Source: a virus (Duplodnaviria; Caudoviricetes). Taken from it: 58,911 nt of DNA. A program made the position numbers and the translations under genes. The DNA lies in the IMG/VR virus record IMGVR_UViG_3300012943_000005, positions 1 to 58,911 of that record; one strand, written 5' to 3'. The notes under the pieces were generated by a model, which did no database searches, was not told the DNA's origin, and saw nothing but the letters and a program-made list of their open reading frames with translations. Below, piece by piece: positions 1 through 9,258 of this stretch (position 1 is its first letter; every line of letters starts with the position of its first letter).

Positions 1-123
1 CGTGCCCAGGGCGGAGGGGGAGAAGAACCAGAACTGGGTCACCCATGCTTGCTTGGTGACGTAGAACTCGGTCGCCAGGTTGTAGGTGGTCGCCTCGCTG
101 ACGATGGAGGTGAAGCCGGTGAC
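1..123. repeat. Terminal direct repeat, copy 1 (circular assembly overlap)
   Basis: Identical to 58789-58911; an ORF reads through the junction. Confidence 0.95.
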
Positions 124-150
124 GCTCTCGAACAGCCGGACTGCGCCCAT
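1..150 (-). CDS. 5' part of a junction-spanning gene (continues to 57688); about 416 aa
   Basis: ATG at 150 reads MGAVRLFESVTGFTSIVSEATTYNLATEFYVTKQAWVTQFWFF, in frame with ORF 57688..58830. Confidence 0.8.
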   Translation of the reverse strand, partial: MGAVRLFESVTGFTSIVSEATTYNLATEFYVTKQAWVTQFWFFSPSALGT

Positions 151-161
151 GGGCTCACTCC

Positions 162-512
162 TCAGGTCGTGGAGGAGCCGTTGACGACCAACTGCCCGGC
201 GGGGATGCGGTACTTGCCCTCAGCGTTGAACGCCTGCCCGCCGGTGAGTGCCTTGAAGCCCCGGTAGGTCGAGCCCGCCCACAGCGTCACGTGGGTCGCC
301 GGGCCGGAGGCTGCGCCACCGGTGAAGTCCAGGTCGGCGGTGTTGGAGAAGTCCCCGCCCGCCGACGCTGACCAGGCGACCGTGACCTTGGCCGCGGTGG
401 TCGCGTTGTTGGTGCCGCCTGAGCCGGGGTCGCCGGACGCCAGGCCGACCTGAGTGATGGCCGCCTTGATCGCGTCAGCCCCGATGTTCAGCGTGGCGTC
501 GTTCAGACCCAT
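162..512 (-). CDS. Small virion structural protein
   Basis: 116 aa, G/A/T-rich, in the head-tail connector block. Confidence 0.65.
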   Translation of the reverse strand: MGLNDATLNIGADAIKAAITQVGLASGDPGSGGTNNATTAAKVTVAWSASAGGDFSNTADLDFTGGAASGPATHVTLWAGSTYRGFKALTGGQAFNAEGKYRIPAGQLVVNGSSTT

Positions 513-513
513 C

Positions 514-1284
514 TCACCCTCCCACTACTCGCGGATACCGCTGCCCAGGGAACCACACCTGGGATCGCTCGCGCATCCACCCGGGGTTCCACAGGGCGAT
601 CCAGGCATCCACCTCGCGGATACCGGTGGTGCGTTCCAGGAAGCGCCCAGCCACAGCCTCGAACTGCACGCCTTGACGGGAGACCGCCGACACGGTGGCG
701 GGCAGTCGGCACTTCCCGCCCATGCACGCCTTGGCGAACTCCATCGCCAGCACCCCTGCCGCGTACTCGGCCATCGCGTCGGGTGGCCAGCCGTTGAGGT
801 AGGTGACCGAGAAGGTGTTCTCCTCAGTGTCCGGCAGTGCCATGTCCTGACAGGCAGGCCACGGGCACGCTCCTGCACCCACCCACACCAGTCGGTTCCC
901 GTCCACCCGGTACTGACTGGGGGACACGATCCCACCGTGCAGCATGACCGAGGAGACGGGTCCGACCGGCGGAGCGAGCACCACCTCGCACAACGCTGTG
1001 CAGGAGCACTCGGTCCGACACCCACAGGAGTTGATCCAGGAGCCGTCAGGCAGCTGCGACGGCCCCCAGCCGGTGCCGTGGTACATCGGCACCGAGTCCC
1101 AGCAGGAGCGCGTGCACGGGCGCACGGTGATCGGGCAGCCGCCGACCCGGTAACCACTGAGCCGCCGGAGTGTAGCCGTGGCTAAACCAGCGGCCCGCGT
1201 CTGCACCTCAGGAGCGAGGGCGTCCCAGTCCTCCTGCGCGCAGGAGGCGTCGATCTCCCAGGGGGGGCACTCGGTATCTGCCAC
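514..1284 (-). CDS. Head-to-tail adaptor
   Basis: 256 aa, Cys-rich, with LRRLSG and SRQGV motifs recalled from cluster-B-like adaptors; follows the major tail gene. Confidence 0.7.
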   Translation of the reverse strand: MADTECPPWEIDASCAQEDWDALAPEVQTRAAGLATATLRRLSGYRVGGCPITVRPCTRSCWDSVPMYHGTGWGPSQLPDGSWINSCGCRTECSCTALCEVVLAPPVGPVSSVMLHGGIVSPSQYRVDGNRLVWVGAGACPWPACQDMALPDTEENTFSVTYLNGWPPDAMAEYAAGVLAMEFAKACMGGKCRLPATVSAVSRQGVQFEAVAGRFLERTTGIREVDAWIALWNPGWMRERSQVWFPGQRYPRVVGG

Positions 1285-1306
1285 GTCGCCATCCTCCTCT
1301 CGTGGG

Positions 1307-1348
1307 ACGAGGGGCGCATCAGGTGGCTCGTCCTGATGCGCCCCTCGT
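1307..1348 (-). terminator. 17-bp perfect hairpin after the major tail gene
   Basis: acgaggggcgcatcagg pairs with cctgatgcgcccctcgt, 8-nt loop. Confidence 0.7.
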
Positions 1349-1354
1349 TACCGA

Positions 1355-2254
1355 CTAGGCCTTGCCAGCCACCCAAGCCGCGCCACTCCAATGAGCGAAG
1401 GTGCCATCCTCCAGCACGATGTACTGCCCAGTGGTCCAGGCGGTGGTCGGGCTGGCCACCACCGGGGGCGTGGCGGCGATCAGGTCAGCCAGCGTCGCCG
1501 GGAAGTAGGACGAGCTCGGGGTCGACGTGCCCGGGGTTCCGGCGGTGGCCCCAGTGGCCTGCGTGCCGACCGGGACCGGGTCGCAGGACGGCTCCGGGGG
1601 TGCCACGGTGGTCAACTGCATCCACAGGTGGTCGTTCGGGTCGACCTCCTGCAGCAGCGGTCCTGCCGCACCCGTCTCGTCCTTGACCACGTCGTACGGC
1701 CCGAAGCCCCAGTTGTTGCCGTCCTTGCTCTTGGCCCCCGAGAGGGTGAAGTTCACCGCGTCGTTGCCGATGGTGAAGTCGCCAATCACCCCGCCCTTCA
1801 GGAAGGGCACCAGGAAGTAGCCGTAGGAGACGCCGGCGTTCGGGTCGCAGATGGCCGAGGGGACCGAGGACCAGACCTCCAATGCGAAGCCGGAGCCACA
1901 GGCGTCAATCTTGGAGTTCATCCGCAGACCCACCCGGTTGCCGTCCGCGTCGAGGACCGAGGGCTGCCCGGTCATCAGCTCGTACAGCAGCGGGTCGACA
2001 CCGCAGAACTCCACCTGGACCTCGTAGCCGGTGAAGACCGGGCACGGCTCATCCAGGATGCAGACCTTGCCGGCGGCGTTGGTGACCGAGATGGTCTCAC
2101 CCTCGTCGGTCTGGGCGGTCAACTGCACGGTGATGAAGCCGTCGCTGACGATCGACGCGGCAGGACCCAGATCAACAGCACCGCAGCCGTCGAGGCGAGT
2201 GACCCGCATCGCTCGACCACGGACGAGCGAGAAACAGGTGTTCGATCCAGCCAT
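1355..2254 (-). CDS. Major tail protein
   Basis: 299 aa, N-terminal RGRAMRVTRLDGCG motif typical of cluster-B-like major tail subunits; synteny. Confidence 0.8.
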   Translation of the reverse strand: MAGSNTCFSLVRGRAMRVTRLDGCGAVDLGPAASIVSDGFITVQLTAQTDEGETISVTNAAGKVCILDEPCPVFTGYEVQVEFCGVDPLLYELMTGQPSVLDADGNRVGLRMNSKIDACGSGFALEVWSSVPSAICDPNAGVSYGYFLVPFLKGGVIGDFTIGNDAVNFTLSGAKSKDGNNWGFGPYDVVKDETGAAGPLLQEVDPNDHLWMQLTTVAPPEPSCDPVPVGTQATGATAGTPGTSTPSSSYFPATLADLIAATPPVVASPTTAWTTGQYIVLEDGTFAHWSGAAWVAGKA

Positions 2255-2466
2255 CAGGACTCCTCAGTCTCGCTCTTGCTTGTCTTCTTCGTAGCCCGCC
2301 TCTTCGGCGGGAATGCCTTGTCGTGCACCTCCTTGGGGACCGTGAAGCCCCCCTCGTAGGTGCGGACCACGTCCGGGTCGAGCCCAAGATCCTCCGCCGC
2401 GGCCAGCAGCAACACGGCGTTGTCCTGGGTGTTGTCGTCGAACGGGACCTGCACGTCGTCGCTCAT
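2254..2466 (-). CDS. Small hypothetical virion-region protein
   Basis: 70 aa, stop/start overlaps on both sides. Confidence 0.7.
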   Translation of the reverse strand: MSDDVQVPFDDNTQDNAVLLLAAAEDLGLDPDVVRTYEGGFTVPKEVHDKAFPPKRRATKKTSKSETEES

Positions 2467-3269
2467 CAGGCTCCCCCTCCGCTGTCGGCAGGTGTGCAGC
2501 CGCAGATCGCACTGACCACGCTGCGGGAGAAGCAGTCGACCAGCGCCGCATAGGGACGCTCGATCAGGCTGTAGTAGTCGTTGGTCGGGACGTTGCCGCT
2601 GCCCAGCCCGAGCACAGGCCCGGTCTCGACGACCGGCCCCCGGTACAGCGTGACCGCCCCGGTGGCGTAGATGGTCGGGGTGTCCATGTTGGTGCTGTAG
2701 TTACCGACGTCGACCAGGCTCCCGGTCGCCGTCTCCAGATGGTCGCCGACCCGCTCGAACATCCCTGCGTGGGACGCTTCCTCAGCCGCGACGAACGGCA
2801 TGTGCAGGATGATCTGACCGCCGTACTCGGCAGCACCGGCAGCCTCCAGCAGCCCGATCGCCTGCGGCACGGTCGCGGTCGAGCCCAGCCCGACGGCGTC
2901 GCTGAGGACGTTCTCCTGGAACCCCAGCTCCACCGCTGACTGCTCGGCGGCCAGGAACCTGCTCCGCAGCCTCACCGCCGCCTCCGAGTACCGGCCCACC
3001 GTCTTGCAGGTCTCGTACATGTAGGCCAGCCACGGGTCGGCCTCGATGTCGGAGTACCACGACATCGAGGTCTTGGCCCCGGTCGGCGCACAGGTGATGT
3101 CAACCGTGAGCGGCTGGGAGCACTCCTCGCCATCGGCGGTGAGCCCACCGAGCATCCAGTGGGCGTCACCACCGTCCACGACATCAACCACCGAGAGCAG
3201 CCCGAACCTACGAGGCTTGCGTACCGGTGCCGCAACAGTCAGCCGCGCGTTCGCGATGGCCGTCGTCAT
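2466..3269 (-). CDS. Major capsid pentamer-type protein
   Basis: 267 aa, directly downstream of the 547-aa capsid gene; FGLLSV and IYATGAV motifs. Confidence 0.65.
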   Translation of the reverse strand: MTTAIANARLTVAAPVRKPRRFGLLSVVDVVDGGDAHWMLGGLTADGEECSQPLTVDITCAPTGAKTSMSWYSDIEADPWLAYMYETCKTVGRYSEAAVRLRSRFLAAEQSAVELGFQENVLSDAVGLGSTATVPQAIGLLEAAGAAEYGGQIILHMPFVAAEEASHAGMFERVGDHLETATGSLVDVGNYSTNMDTPTIYATGAVTLYRGPVVETGPVLGLGSGNVPTNDYYSLIERPYAALVDCFSRSVVSAICGCTPADSGGGA

Positions 3270-3303
3270 CTAGCACCCCCTCGTCTCGTCGCTCTCCTCC
3301 CGA

Positions 3304-4947
3304 TCAGGAGCAGGTCAGATTGGCAGCCCCGGAGCGACCGGCGGTGCAGACCGGGATCTCCACAGCCAGGGAGTCGTAGCACTGCTTGGCCACGAGGATG
3401 CCCTGCTCGAAGAACAGCGCCGTGTAGACGTTGGTCGCCAGCGACGCAGCGTCGTACACCGCGTTGAGGTTGATGATGTCGTTGGTGCCCTTGATCCAGC
3501 CGCCGGCCGGGTAGAGCAGTGCCTTGAAGGTGGCGGGCCACTTGTCGGCGTCCACCGCGGGTGGGCCGACGACGTCGGCGTAGGGCAGCTCCTGCCAGTC
3601 GTAGGCGTACTGGACCGAGAGGTTGTAGGCCGAGAACTCGCTGGCCACCACCGAGTCGGTGACGACCTCGACCGCGATCGCGTTGCGCCGGGCGATGTCC
3701 AGCTTGATGACGTCCTTGACCCAGAACGGGACGACGACCTCCAGGCTGGAGTTCAGGCCGAGGCGGTACTTCTGCCGGGTCTGGTTGCCGTACAGGGTCA
3801 GTGCCTCGAAGGTGTCGGTGGACACCGCGCCGAGACCGGTGGCGGTCTTGGCGGTGGAGCCCGAGGTCATCGCGTTCAGCACCTTGGCGTTCATCTTGTG
3901 CTGGTGGGCGATCATCGAGCCGGAGATGTAGCGCTGGACCAGCTCCGGGTAGGCCGCGTTGGTGAGGATCGGGGCCTTGATGCAGACACCGCAGGCATCG
4001 AGGCGGACCTCGACGAACGGCGGGCAGGGCACCTCGACGCAGGTCTTCGACGTTCCCGCGATGGCCTGGGCCTCGGTCTGGCAGAAGCCAATCGCGGTGT
4101 AGATGTCGGAGAAGTCCGGACCACGGGTGTAGCGGATGCCGCCCCGGGCCACGTTCACCTCCGGCACACTGATGATGCCGTCGGTGGTCTCACCGGCACA
4201 CAGGTCGTAGATCGTCTCCGAGGGAGCACACCAGCCGCCGGCCGCGACCAGCGAGCCGCCGGGGAGGCGCGTCTCCTTGGCCGCGTGGGCCAGCACCTCC
4301 ATGTCGTCGGAGCCCCGGTCGATGGTCAGCTCCTTGGGGAACTCCAGCTTGAACGAAGCCACGCCGTGCTGACGCAAGTCCTCAGAGGTGCCGTCGCCTG
4401 ACGGGGTGCCGAAGCCACGCATCCGATTGACCAGCGCCTGGCCGACAGCCTCCATGTCGATCTTCTGACCGGTGGAGAAGTCGGGTACGTCGGCAGCGGC
4501 CGTGATGGAGATCGGGGCCTTGGTGCGCGCCGGCTTGGCCGGGCGGGCGACCTTGCGCGCCAGGGTGGCGACGCCGGAGCGGGCCTGGGTGGCCTCCGGC
4601 GGGGCGGACGAGATGCGCTGCGCCTCCTCGGACAGCTCCTTCTCCTCCTCCTCGGTGGCGTCAGCCGGCTGGTCGTCCTCCTCGTCGTCCTCCTCGGCCT
4701 CGTCGTTGCTAGCGAAGCGGGTGCGGAGCGCCTCACGACGGGCAGACAGCGCGGCGGCCTTCTCGACCCGACCGCCCTGCTCGGCGGCGATGGTCTCCAG
4801 GTGGTCGGCGTAGGCCTCAGCCTCGTCGAGCTGAGCCTCGGTCGGGGTGTCGAGCGCCGCAATGGCGTCAAAGGCCGCACGGACCTGCGCGGCGTAGGTC
4901 GCCAGCGCGTCGTCGGCCAGGGTGCTGAAGTTCTGGTTGAGGTCCAC
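3304..4947 (-). CDS. Major capsid hexamer-type protein with N-terminal scaffold-like region
   Basis: 547 aa; acidic helical N-terminus, AAGGWCAPSETIYDLC motif; GAGGAG RBS. Confidence 0.85.
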   Translation of the reverse strand: MDLNQNFSTLADDALATYAAQVRAAFDAIAALDTPTEAQLDEAEAYADHLETIAAEQGGRVEKAAALSARREALRTRFASNDEAEEDDEEDDQPADATEEEEKELSEEAQRISSAPPEATQARSGVATLARKVARPAKPARTKAPISITAAADVPDFSTGQKIDMEAVGQALVNRMRGFGTPSGDGTSEDLRQHGVASFKLEFPKELTIDRGSDDMEVLAHAAKETRLPGGSLVAAGGWCAPSETIYDLCAGETTDGIISVPEVNVARGGIRYTRGPDFSDIYTAIGFCQTEAQAIAGTSKTCVEVPCPPFVEVRLDACGVCIKAPILTNAAYPELVQRYISGSMIAHQHKMNAKVLNAMTSGSTAKTATGLGAVSTDTFEALTLYGNQTRQKYRLGLNSSLEVVVPFWVKDVIKLDIARRNAIAVEVVTDSVVASEFSAYNLSVQYAYDWQELPYADVVGPPAVDADKWPATFKALLYPAGGWIKGTNDIINLNAVYDAASLATNVYTALFFEQGILVAKQCYDSLAVEIPVCTAGRSGAANLTCS

Positions 4948-5039
4948 GGAACCTGCTCCTCGGAATCGAAGGGGTGCTGCGCTAAGCGCTGTCGATACCG
5001 GGCACCAAGGCTCCAGTGGAAAGTCTTCCTGATCGGGCA

Positions 5040-5068
5040 GGGTACTCCTCCCAGAGGTGTCTGTCAGC
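5040..5068 (-). promoter_or_regulatory. Putative capsid promoter
   Basis: Minus strand CTGACA-N17-TACCCT upstream of the capsid gene. Confidence 0.4.
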
Positions 5069-5077
5069 CGGGGGGTC

Positions 5078-5091
5078 TTATCCAGGGATAA
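5078..5091. repeat. Conserved junction palindrome TTATCCAGGGATAA
   Basis: Matches TTAKCC-NN-GGMTAA; just upstream of the capsid promoter. Confidence 0.85.
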
Positions 5092-5161
5092 AGTGAGCCC
5101 CCAGGGGATCTCTCAGGACCGGCGGCCTGCGTTCTCCCCCCGAGTCTGCGCAGGTCGCCGC

Positions 5162-5773
5162 TCACTCATCCTGAATGCACACCCACACCGTGAGGTCCCG
5201 ATCCAGAGGTAGCCGCTGATGGATGCCGACCTCGGTGAAGGTGAACCCGGAGGGACAGTCCCCACTGGGCCGGGGAGAGGGCGTCGGCGCTGGCGACCCA
5301 GCCGGACCGCGCTCGCCTGGCTCACCCTGCTCACCCTGTGCACCGCGTGGTCCACGCTTACCCTGCTCACCGGCTGGACCCCGGTCACCGGTGTCACCCT
5401 TCTCGCCCTTGCTGCCGCTCTTGCCGTCCTGACCCGCCGGACCCTGTTCCCCAGTGTCGCCCCGCACCCCCGGCGAGCCCTGCTGTCCCGGACCCCCGTC
5501 ACTGCCCGGCACGCCATCCGACCCATCGAGTCCTGGCGGTCCGGTCGGCCCCGTCGAGCCCGCAGGCCCTGGCGGTCCGGTCGGTCCTGGTGGTCCGGCA
5601 GGTCCTGGCGGTCCCTGTGGCCCCTGTGGTCCCGGGATGCTGACCCCGGCATTGCTGGTGTTGTTTGGGAAGACCAGCCCGACGAAGACGGTGGAGGCGA
5701 AGGCGAGCAGAGCCAAAAGCCCGGCGACGACGTACCCGGTGGGGCTACTGGTCAGTCGCCCCAGTAGTGGCAC
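5162..5773 (-). CDS. Membrane-anchored collagen-like protein (lysis cassette accessory)
   Basis: N-terminal transmembrane helix, long G-X-Y repeat, C-terminal Cys pair. Confidence 0.8.
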   Translation of the reverse strand: MPLLGRLTSSPTGYVVAGLLALLAFASTVFVGLVFPNNTSNAGVSIPGPQGPQGPPGPAGPPGPTGPPGPAGSTGPTGPPGLDGSDGVPGSDGGPGQQGSPGVRGDTGEQGPAGQDGKSGSKGEKGDTGDRGPAGEQGKRGPRGAQGEQGEPGERGPAGSPAPTPSPRPSGDCPSGFTFTEVGIHQRLPLDRDLTVWVCIQDE

Positions 5774-6086
5774 TGGACGCCTCTCTCGCGTTGGCGGAGC
5801 GGTCGAACTCCCAGGTACGGGAGCCGTCGGCCGCGCGGGTCATGTTCATGTGCGCGTCGGTGCGTCCGGCCAGGAAGCCGGCCAGCAGGCCGATCAGGGT
5901 ATTGATGACGTCCCCGATCGCACCCACCATTTGCGAAGTGTCGCGGGTTGGCTGCAGTAGCGCCAGCAGTCCCACCAACGCACCGGAGGCCAGCACTGAG
6001 AAGCAGACAGTAAAGGATATTCCTAATATTAGTAAGTCACCCGTGGTGCGATCCGACCACCACGGTGCCTTACGAGCCCGAGCCAT
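5745..6086 (-). CDS. Two-TM membrane protein (holin-like) with recoded 5' end
   Basis: ATG at 6086 with GGAGA RBS; two hydrophobic segments. Confidence 0.7.
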   Translation of the reverse strand: MARARKAPWWSDRTTGDLLILGISFTVCFSVLASGALVGLLALLQPTRDTSQMVGAIGDVINTLIGLLAGFLAGRTDAHMNMTRAADGSRTWEFDRSANAREASSATTGATDQ

Positions 6087-6097
6087 TAGGAGTCTCC

Positions 6098-6538
6098 ATG
6101 ACACGTGTGTACCGTCGCCGCCCCGCTGGCATGTCCGTCGAGGACCACTTCTGGTCCCTGGTGAACAAGGCCGGTCCCGACGACTGCTGGCTGTGGGGAG
6201 GTCACGGCGAGCGCTACGGGCAGTACCGGCGACGCGGAGCGCACGTCTGGGCCTACGAACTCACACATGGCCCAGTCCCCCCAGGGCTGTACGTCTGCCA
6301 CACCTGCGACACCCCGCTCTGCTGTAACCCAGCCCACCTCTGGCCTGGCACCAACGGGCAGAACATCGCGGACATGTACGCGAAGGGTCGCGGAGAGAGG
6401 CGCGGGCGGAAGCGGGAGATCGACTACGACCAAGTGCGCACGCTGTACGCCCACGGCCTGACGCAGGACCAGATCGCCGAGCGGCTCGGCTGCTCGCAGT
6501 CGGCGGTATCGGGCATCGTGCGCCGCATCCGGGCGTGA
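6098..6538 (+). CDS. HNH homing endonuclease with C-terminal HTH
   Basis: CWLW...AHVWAY...VCHTCDTPLCCNPAHL...N motif; TQDQIAERLGCSQSAVS HTH; AGGAG RBS; antisense to its neighbours. Confidence 0.9.
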   Translation: MTRVYRRRPAGMSVEDHFWSLVNKAGPDDCWLWGGHGERYGQYRRRGAHVWAYELTHGPVPPGLYVCHTCDTPLCCNPAHLWPGTNGQNIADMYAKGRGERRGRKREIDYDQVRTLYAHGLTQDQIAERLGCSQSAVSGIVRRIRA

Positions 6539-6608
6539 AGCTGATGCCGAGGATCAGAAGATCGCCGGTCGTGCGCTCGGCCCACCATGGCTTCCTCCGC
6601 ACCGCCAT
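6534..6608 (-). pseudogene. Remnant original 5' end of the holin-like gene
   Basis: Encodes [25 protein letters not shown], a duplicate of the N-terminus at 6009-6086, cut off at the HNH 3' end. Confidence 0.8.
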
Positions 6609-6700
6609 CAGGTCAGCCAGACCGTCAGCACGATGACAACGATGAAGAACGCCGCGATGAAAGTGAGGCCCGGGTCGAAGTCAGGCCGCCACTCCGGCAT
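6608..6700 (-). CDS. 30-aa membrane peptide
   Basis: MPEWRPDFDPGLTFIAAFFIVVIVLTVWLT; abuts the upstream stop and has a TGATG overlap downstream. Confidence 0.6.
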   Translation of the reverse strand: MPEWRPDFDPGLTFIAAFFIVVIVLTVWLT

Positions 6701-8881
6701 CTACTGCGAGACCTTGAAGTTGTCGATTCGGATAGCAGCCCCGGCAGCGCCGAACATGATGCCGTGCTTGGTGGCTGTCGGGTGCGCCGTATCCGTCACG
6801 CTGATCACACCCGACCCGAACCGAGCCACGATGGAACTCCCGACACACTCCAACGAGGCCGTGATGGTGACGCTCCCGGAGGCAACTCCGACAGTCTGCG
6901 ATGAGCCGAGAGGTGCCCATACCCCGCCCGCTCGCCTGTAGAGACTGAGGGTTCGAGTGGTGGGGCTGGCCGATGCCACCGACAGCATGTAGTGGTTGTC
7001 AATGTCGGTGACTCGTGCGACCAGGCCCAGTTCGTAGTTCTCCGACCCGTTCGTCACCAGGTCCGCGCGGACGATGACATCGGCTTGGCCGACAGCGACC
7101 CAGGCTCGGTGATACGCCGTCCCTCCGCTCGGGCAGTACGCCTGGTTGGCGTTGATACCCACATTGGCGTCGGTCTGCGTCCACGGCAGACCATCGCTCG
7201 ACGTGCCCAGTGAGGTCGTGTTGTCGGCACGGTTGAAGGTGTCGGTCGTCAGCACGGTCTCGCCGCTTGGAGTCACCGTGTTGGATGCAGCTGACTCTGC
7301 CGAGGAACCAGCGGAGTTGGTGGCCCTGACGGTGAAGGTGTACGCGACTCCATTGGTCAGCCCGGTCACCGGGATGGGTGACCCGGTGCCGGTACCAGTG
7401 AGCCCGCCAGGGGTCGACGTAACGGTGTAGGTGTCGGCTGCCTGGCCCGAGCCAGGCGTGAAGGTGACCGAGGCGGAAGCGTCACCGGCGGTCGCCGTCC
7501 CGATGGTCGGGACACCGGGCGGCGCTGTCGCAGGCGGGTTGCCGCCGGGAAGCATGTCGGCCTTCGCCATGTTGGCGTTCGTCAGCAGCGAGCGCATCTG
7601 GAAGCTCCCGATGTCCCCACCACGACCGGTCACCAGGAGTGAGTCGACGCGAGGAGCTGAGCCTGCGTTGCTGTTGATGACGACGTAGCCAGAGACGTAC
7701 CCCCGCAGAACGTTGTTCCGGTCGAGGATGTGCGCTCTCGGGGTCGGTGCATACCGGGTGTACGTCCAGTGGTTCGTGCCGTCGTCGTAGTCCTCCCAGT
7801 CGAAGAACTCCCCCTTGATGATCGGCCCACCCTCGTAGGAGGGGATGTCCACAATGCCCACGGGGTCGGCAGGGTCGTAGCCGACCAGACCCCAGGGGCA
7901 TTGCTCGATGGTGACGTGCCCGAGCCGAGCGGGATGCCAGAAGCCACGCCGGAACGGCATCCCGATCCGGCAGCGGACGCTGATCATGGTGCGGATGTCG
8001 GCGTGCTCGACCGGACCGAGACCGGCGAAGTAGCCCCACACGGTGACCGCGTCGGCCCGGACGGCCACGTGGTTGTTGTTGCGAGGCAGCATGATCCCGC
8101 AGCCGGTCGGACGGGTCGGCTCAGGTGACTCATCCGGGTTGCCGGTGACGTCGGCGGCGTAACGCTGGACGTCGCACGTCGACACCGACTCCAGGTTCAA
8201 GTTGCACATCGACGGGTTCGGCGGCTGCCGAATCGCCGCACCATCCCAGAAGAAGTGCAGGTTCGTGACCTGGGTGAACCCGGCCGCCTTGTCGACGTCA
8301 GGAGCGCCGAACACCGACGGATGCCCGTAGGTGGCGTGCCATGACTTCGGTGTCGAGTAGAACACCTCGATGACCGACGCCGTGGCCAGTGGCGCGGCCT
8401 GGTTCCCCACGCCTGCCCAGACCCGGCACGGCGTCGGGTCCCCCACGCCGAGCACGCCGATGGTCTTCTTCGGGGTCGACACGTTCGACGGGACTTGTGG
8501 GATCTTGAACATGGCGTACTGGCCGTTCGGTCCAGCAGAGAGCAGCGCGTCCGCGTTGACTCGGTAGACCGTTCTGCGGGGCAGGTACAGCAGGCCCTCG
8601 CCGTTGGCAAGAAGCGCCTCCCAGGCGGCGGCGAAGGCAGCCGTGTCGTCACCGCCGTCGCCAGTGGCCCCGTACGACTCGACATCGAACAGCGGGAGGT
8701 TGGCTGAATCCCCCTGCTCGCCCGGAGGGCCGGGAGGCCCTGGGGGGCCGGGTACCGTGCTGTTCGCACCGGGCGGACCGGGGGGTCCCGGAAGGCCGGG
8801 GATGCCGATCGCGACGCCCGGCTGCTCGACCTCCACAGTAAAGGTGGCCGAGTCGGGTATCTCGATGACGAACTCGTTCAT
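6701..8881 (-). CDS. Tailspike/depolymerase-like protein: collagen repeat, pectate-lyase-like beta-helix, FN3, lectin-like domain
   Basis: GPPGPP repeats; FDVESYGATGDGGDDTAAF motif; GLTNGVAYTFTVRATNSAGSS FN3 signature. Confidence 0.75.
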   Translation of the reverse strand: MNEFVIEIPDSATFTVEVEQPGVAIGIPGLPGPPGPPGANSTVPGPPGPPGPPGEQGDSANLPLFDVESYGATGDGGDDTAAFAAAWEALLANGEGLLYLPRRTVYRVNADALLSAGPNGQYAMFKIPQVPSNVSTPKKTIGVLGVGDPTPCRVWAGVGNQAAPLATASVIEVFYSTPKSWHATYGHPSVFGAPDVDKAAGFTQVTNLHFFWDGAAIRQPPNPSMCNLNLESVSTCDVQRYAADVTGNPDESPEPTRPTGCGIMLPRNNNHVAVRADAVTVWGYFAGLGPVEHADIRTMISVRCRIGMPFRRGFWHPARLGHVTIEQCPWGLVGYDPADPVGIVDIPSYEGGPIIKGEFFDWEDYDDGTNHWTYTRYAPTPRAHILDRNNVLRGYVSGYVVINSNAGSAPRVDSLLVTGRGGDIGSFQMRSLLTNANMAKADMLPGGNPPATAPPGVPTIGTATAGDASASVTFTPGSGQAADTYTVTSTPGGLTGTGTGSPIPVTGLTNGVAYTFTVRATNSAGSSAESAASNTVTPSGETVLTTDTFNRADNTTSLGTSSDGLPWTQTDANVGINANQAYCPSGGTAYHRAWVAVGQADVIVRADLVTNGSENYELGLVARVTDIDNHYMLSVASASPTTRTLSLYRRAGGVWAPLGSSQTVGVASGSVTITASLECVGSSIVARFGSGVISVTDTAHPTATKHGIMFGAAGAAIRIDNFKVSQ

Positions 8882-9258
8882 GGCCGAGTGACGTCCATGA
8901 CAGCGCTGAACTTGCCTTCAACGAGGGTGGTCACCTCGTCCGCTCCGGCAGCCACTTGCAAGTCCCACACCCCGGTCCATGACGACCTGCCGCCCATCGA
9001 GGTCGTCACCTGGTCACCAGGCCAACGGATCGTGCCCTTCCCGTTCACCGCATCGGTGATCGTCACCACGGCGGTTACCGCCGGGTTCGCGTCGGTGATC
9101 TTCTTGCGGGCCTGCGCTGAGAGTGTCTGACCGGTCAGATCCACCGGCGTACCTCCGTTGGTGATGGAGAATGCCATCTCGTTGCGATCACCTGCGCGTA
9201 CGCCGGTGATATTGGCGCACGCAGGCCCTAGTGGAACTACGACACAGGTGGTCATCAC
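8878..9258 (-). CDS. Beta-sandwich fibre/baseplate adaptor protein
   Basis: GD...PVDLTG.T.SAQ.R...VWDLQV pattern; coupled to the spike gene. Confidence 0.6.
   Translation of the reverse strand: MMTTCVVVPLGPACANITGVRAGDRNEMAFSITNGGTPVDLTGQTLSAQARKKITDANPAVTAVVTITDAVNGKGTIRWPGDQVTTSMGGRSSWTGVWDLQVAAGADEVTTLVEGKFSAVMDVTRP

Noticed and set aside
1-123. Biological direct terminal repeat
   Set aside because: It falls in the middle of a virion gene and is better explained as the assembler overlap of a circular contig
5290-5640. DNA tandem repeat or regulatory array
   Set aside because: The periodicity comes from collagen G-X-Y codons
6009-6608. Group I intron containing the HNH gene
   Set aside because: The HNH gene is antisense and fills almost the whole insert, leaving no room for a ribozyme core; the duplicated N-terminus makes splicing unnecessary
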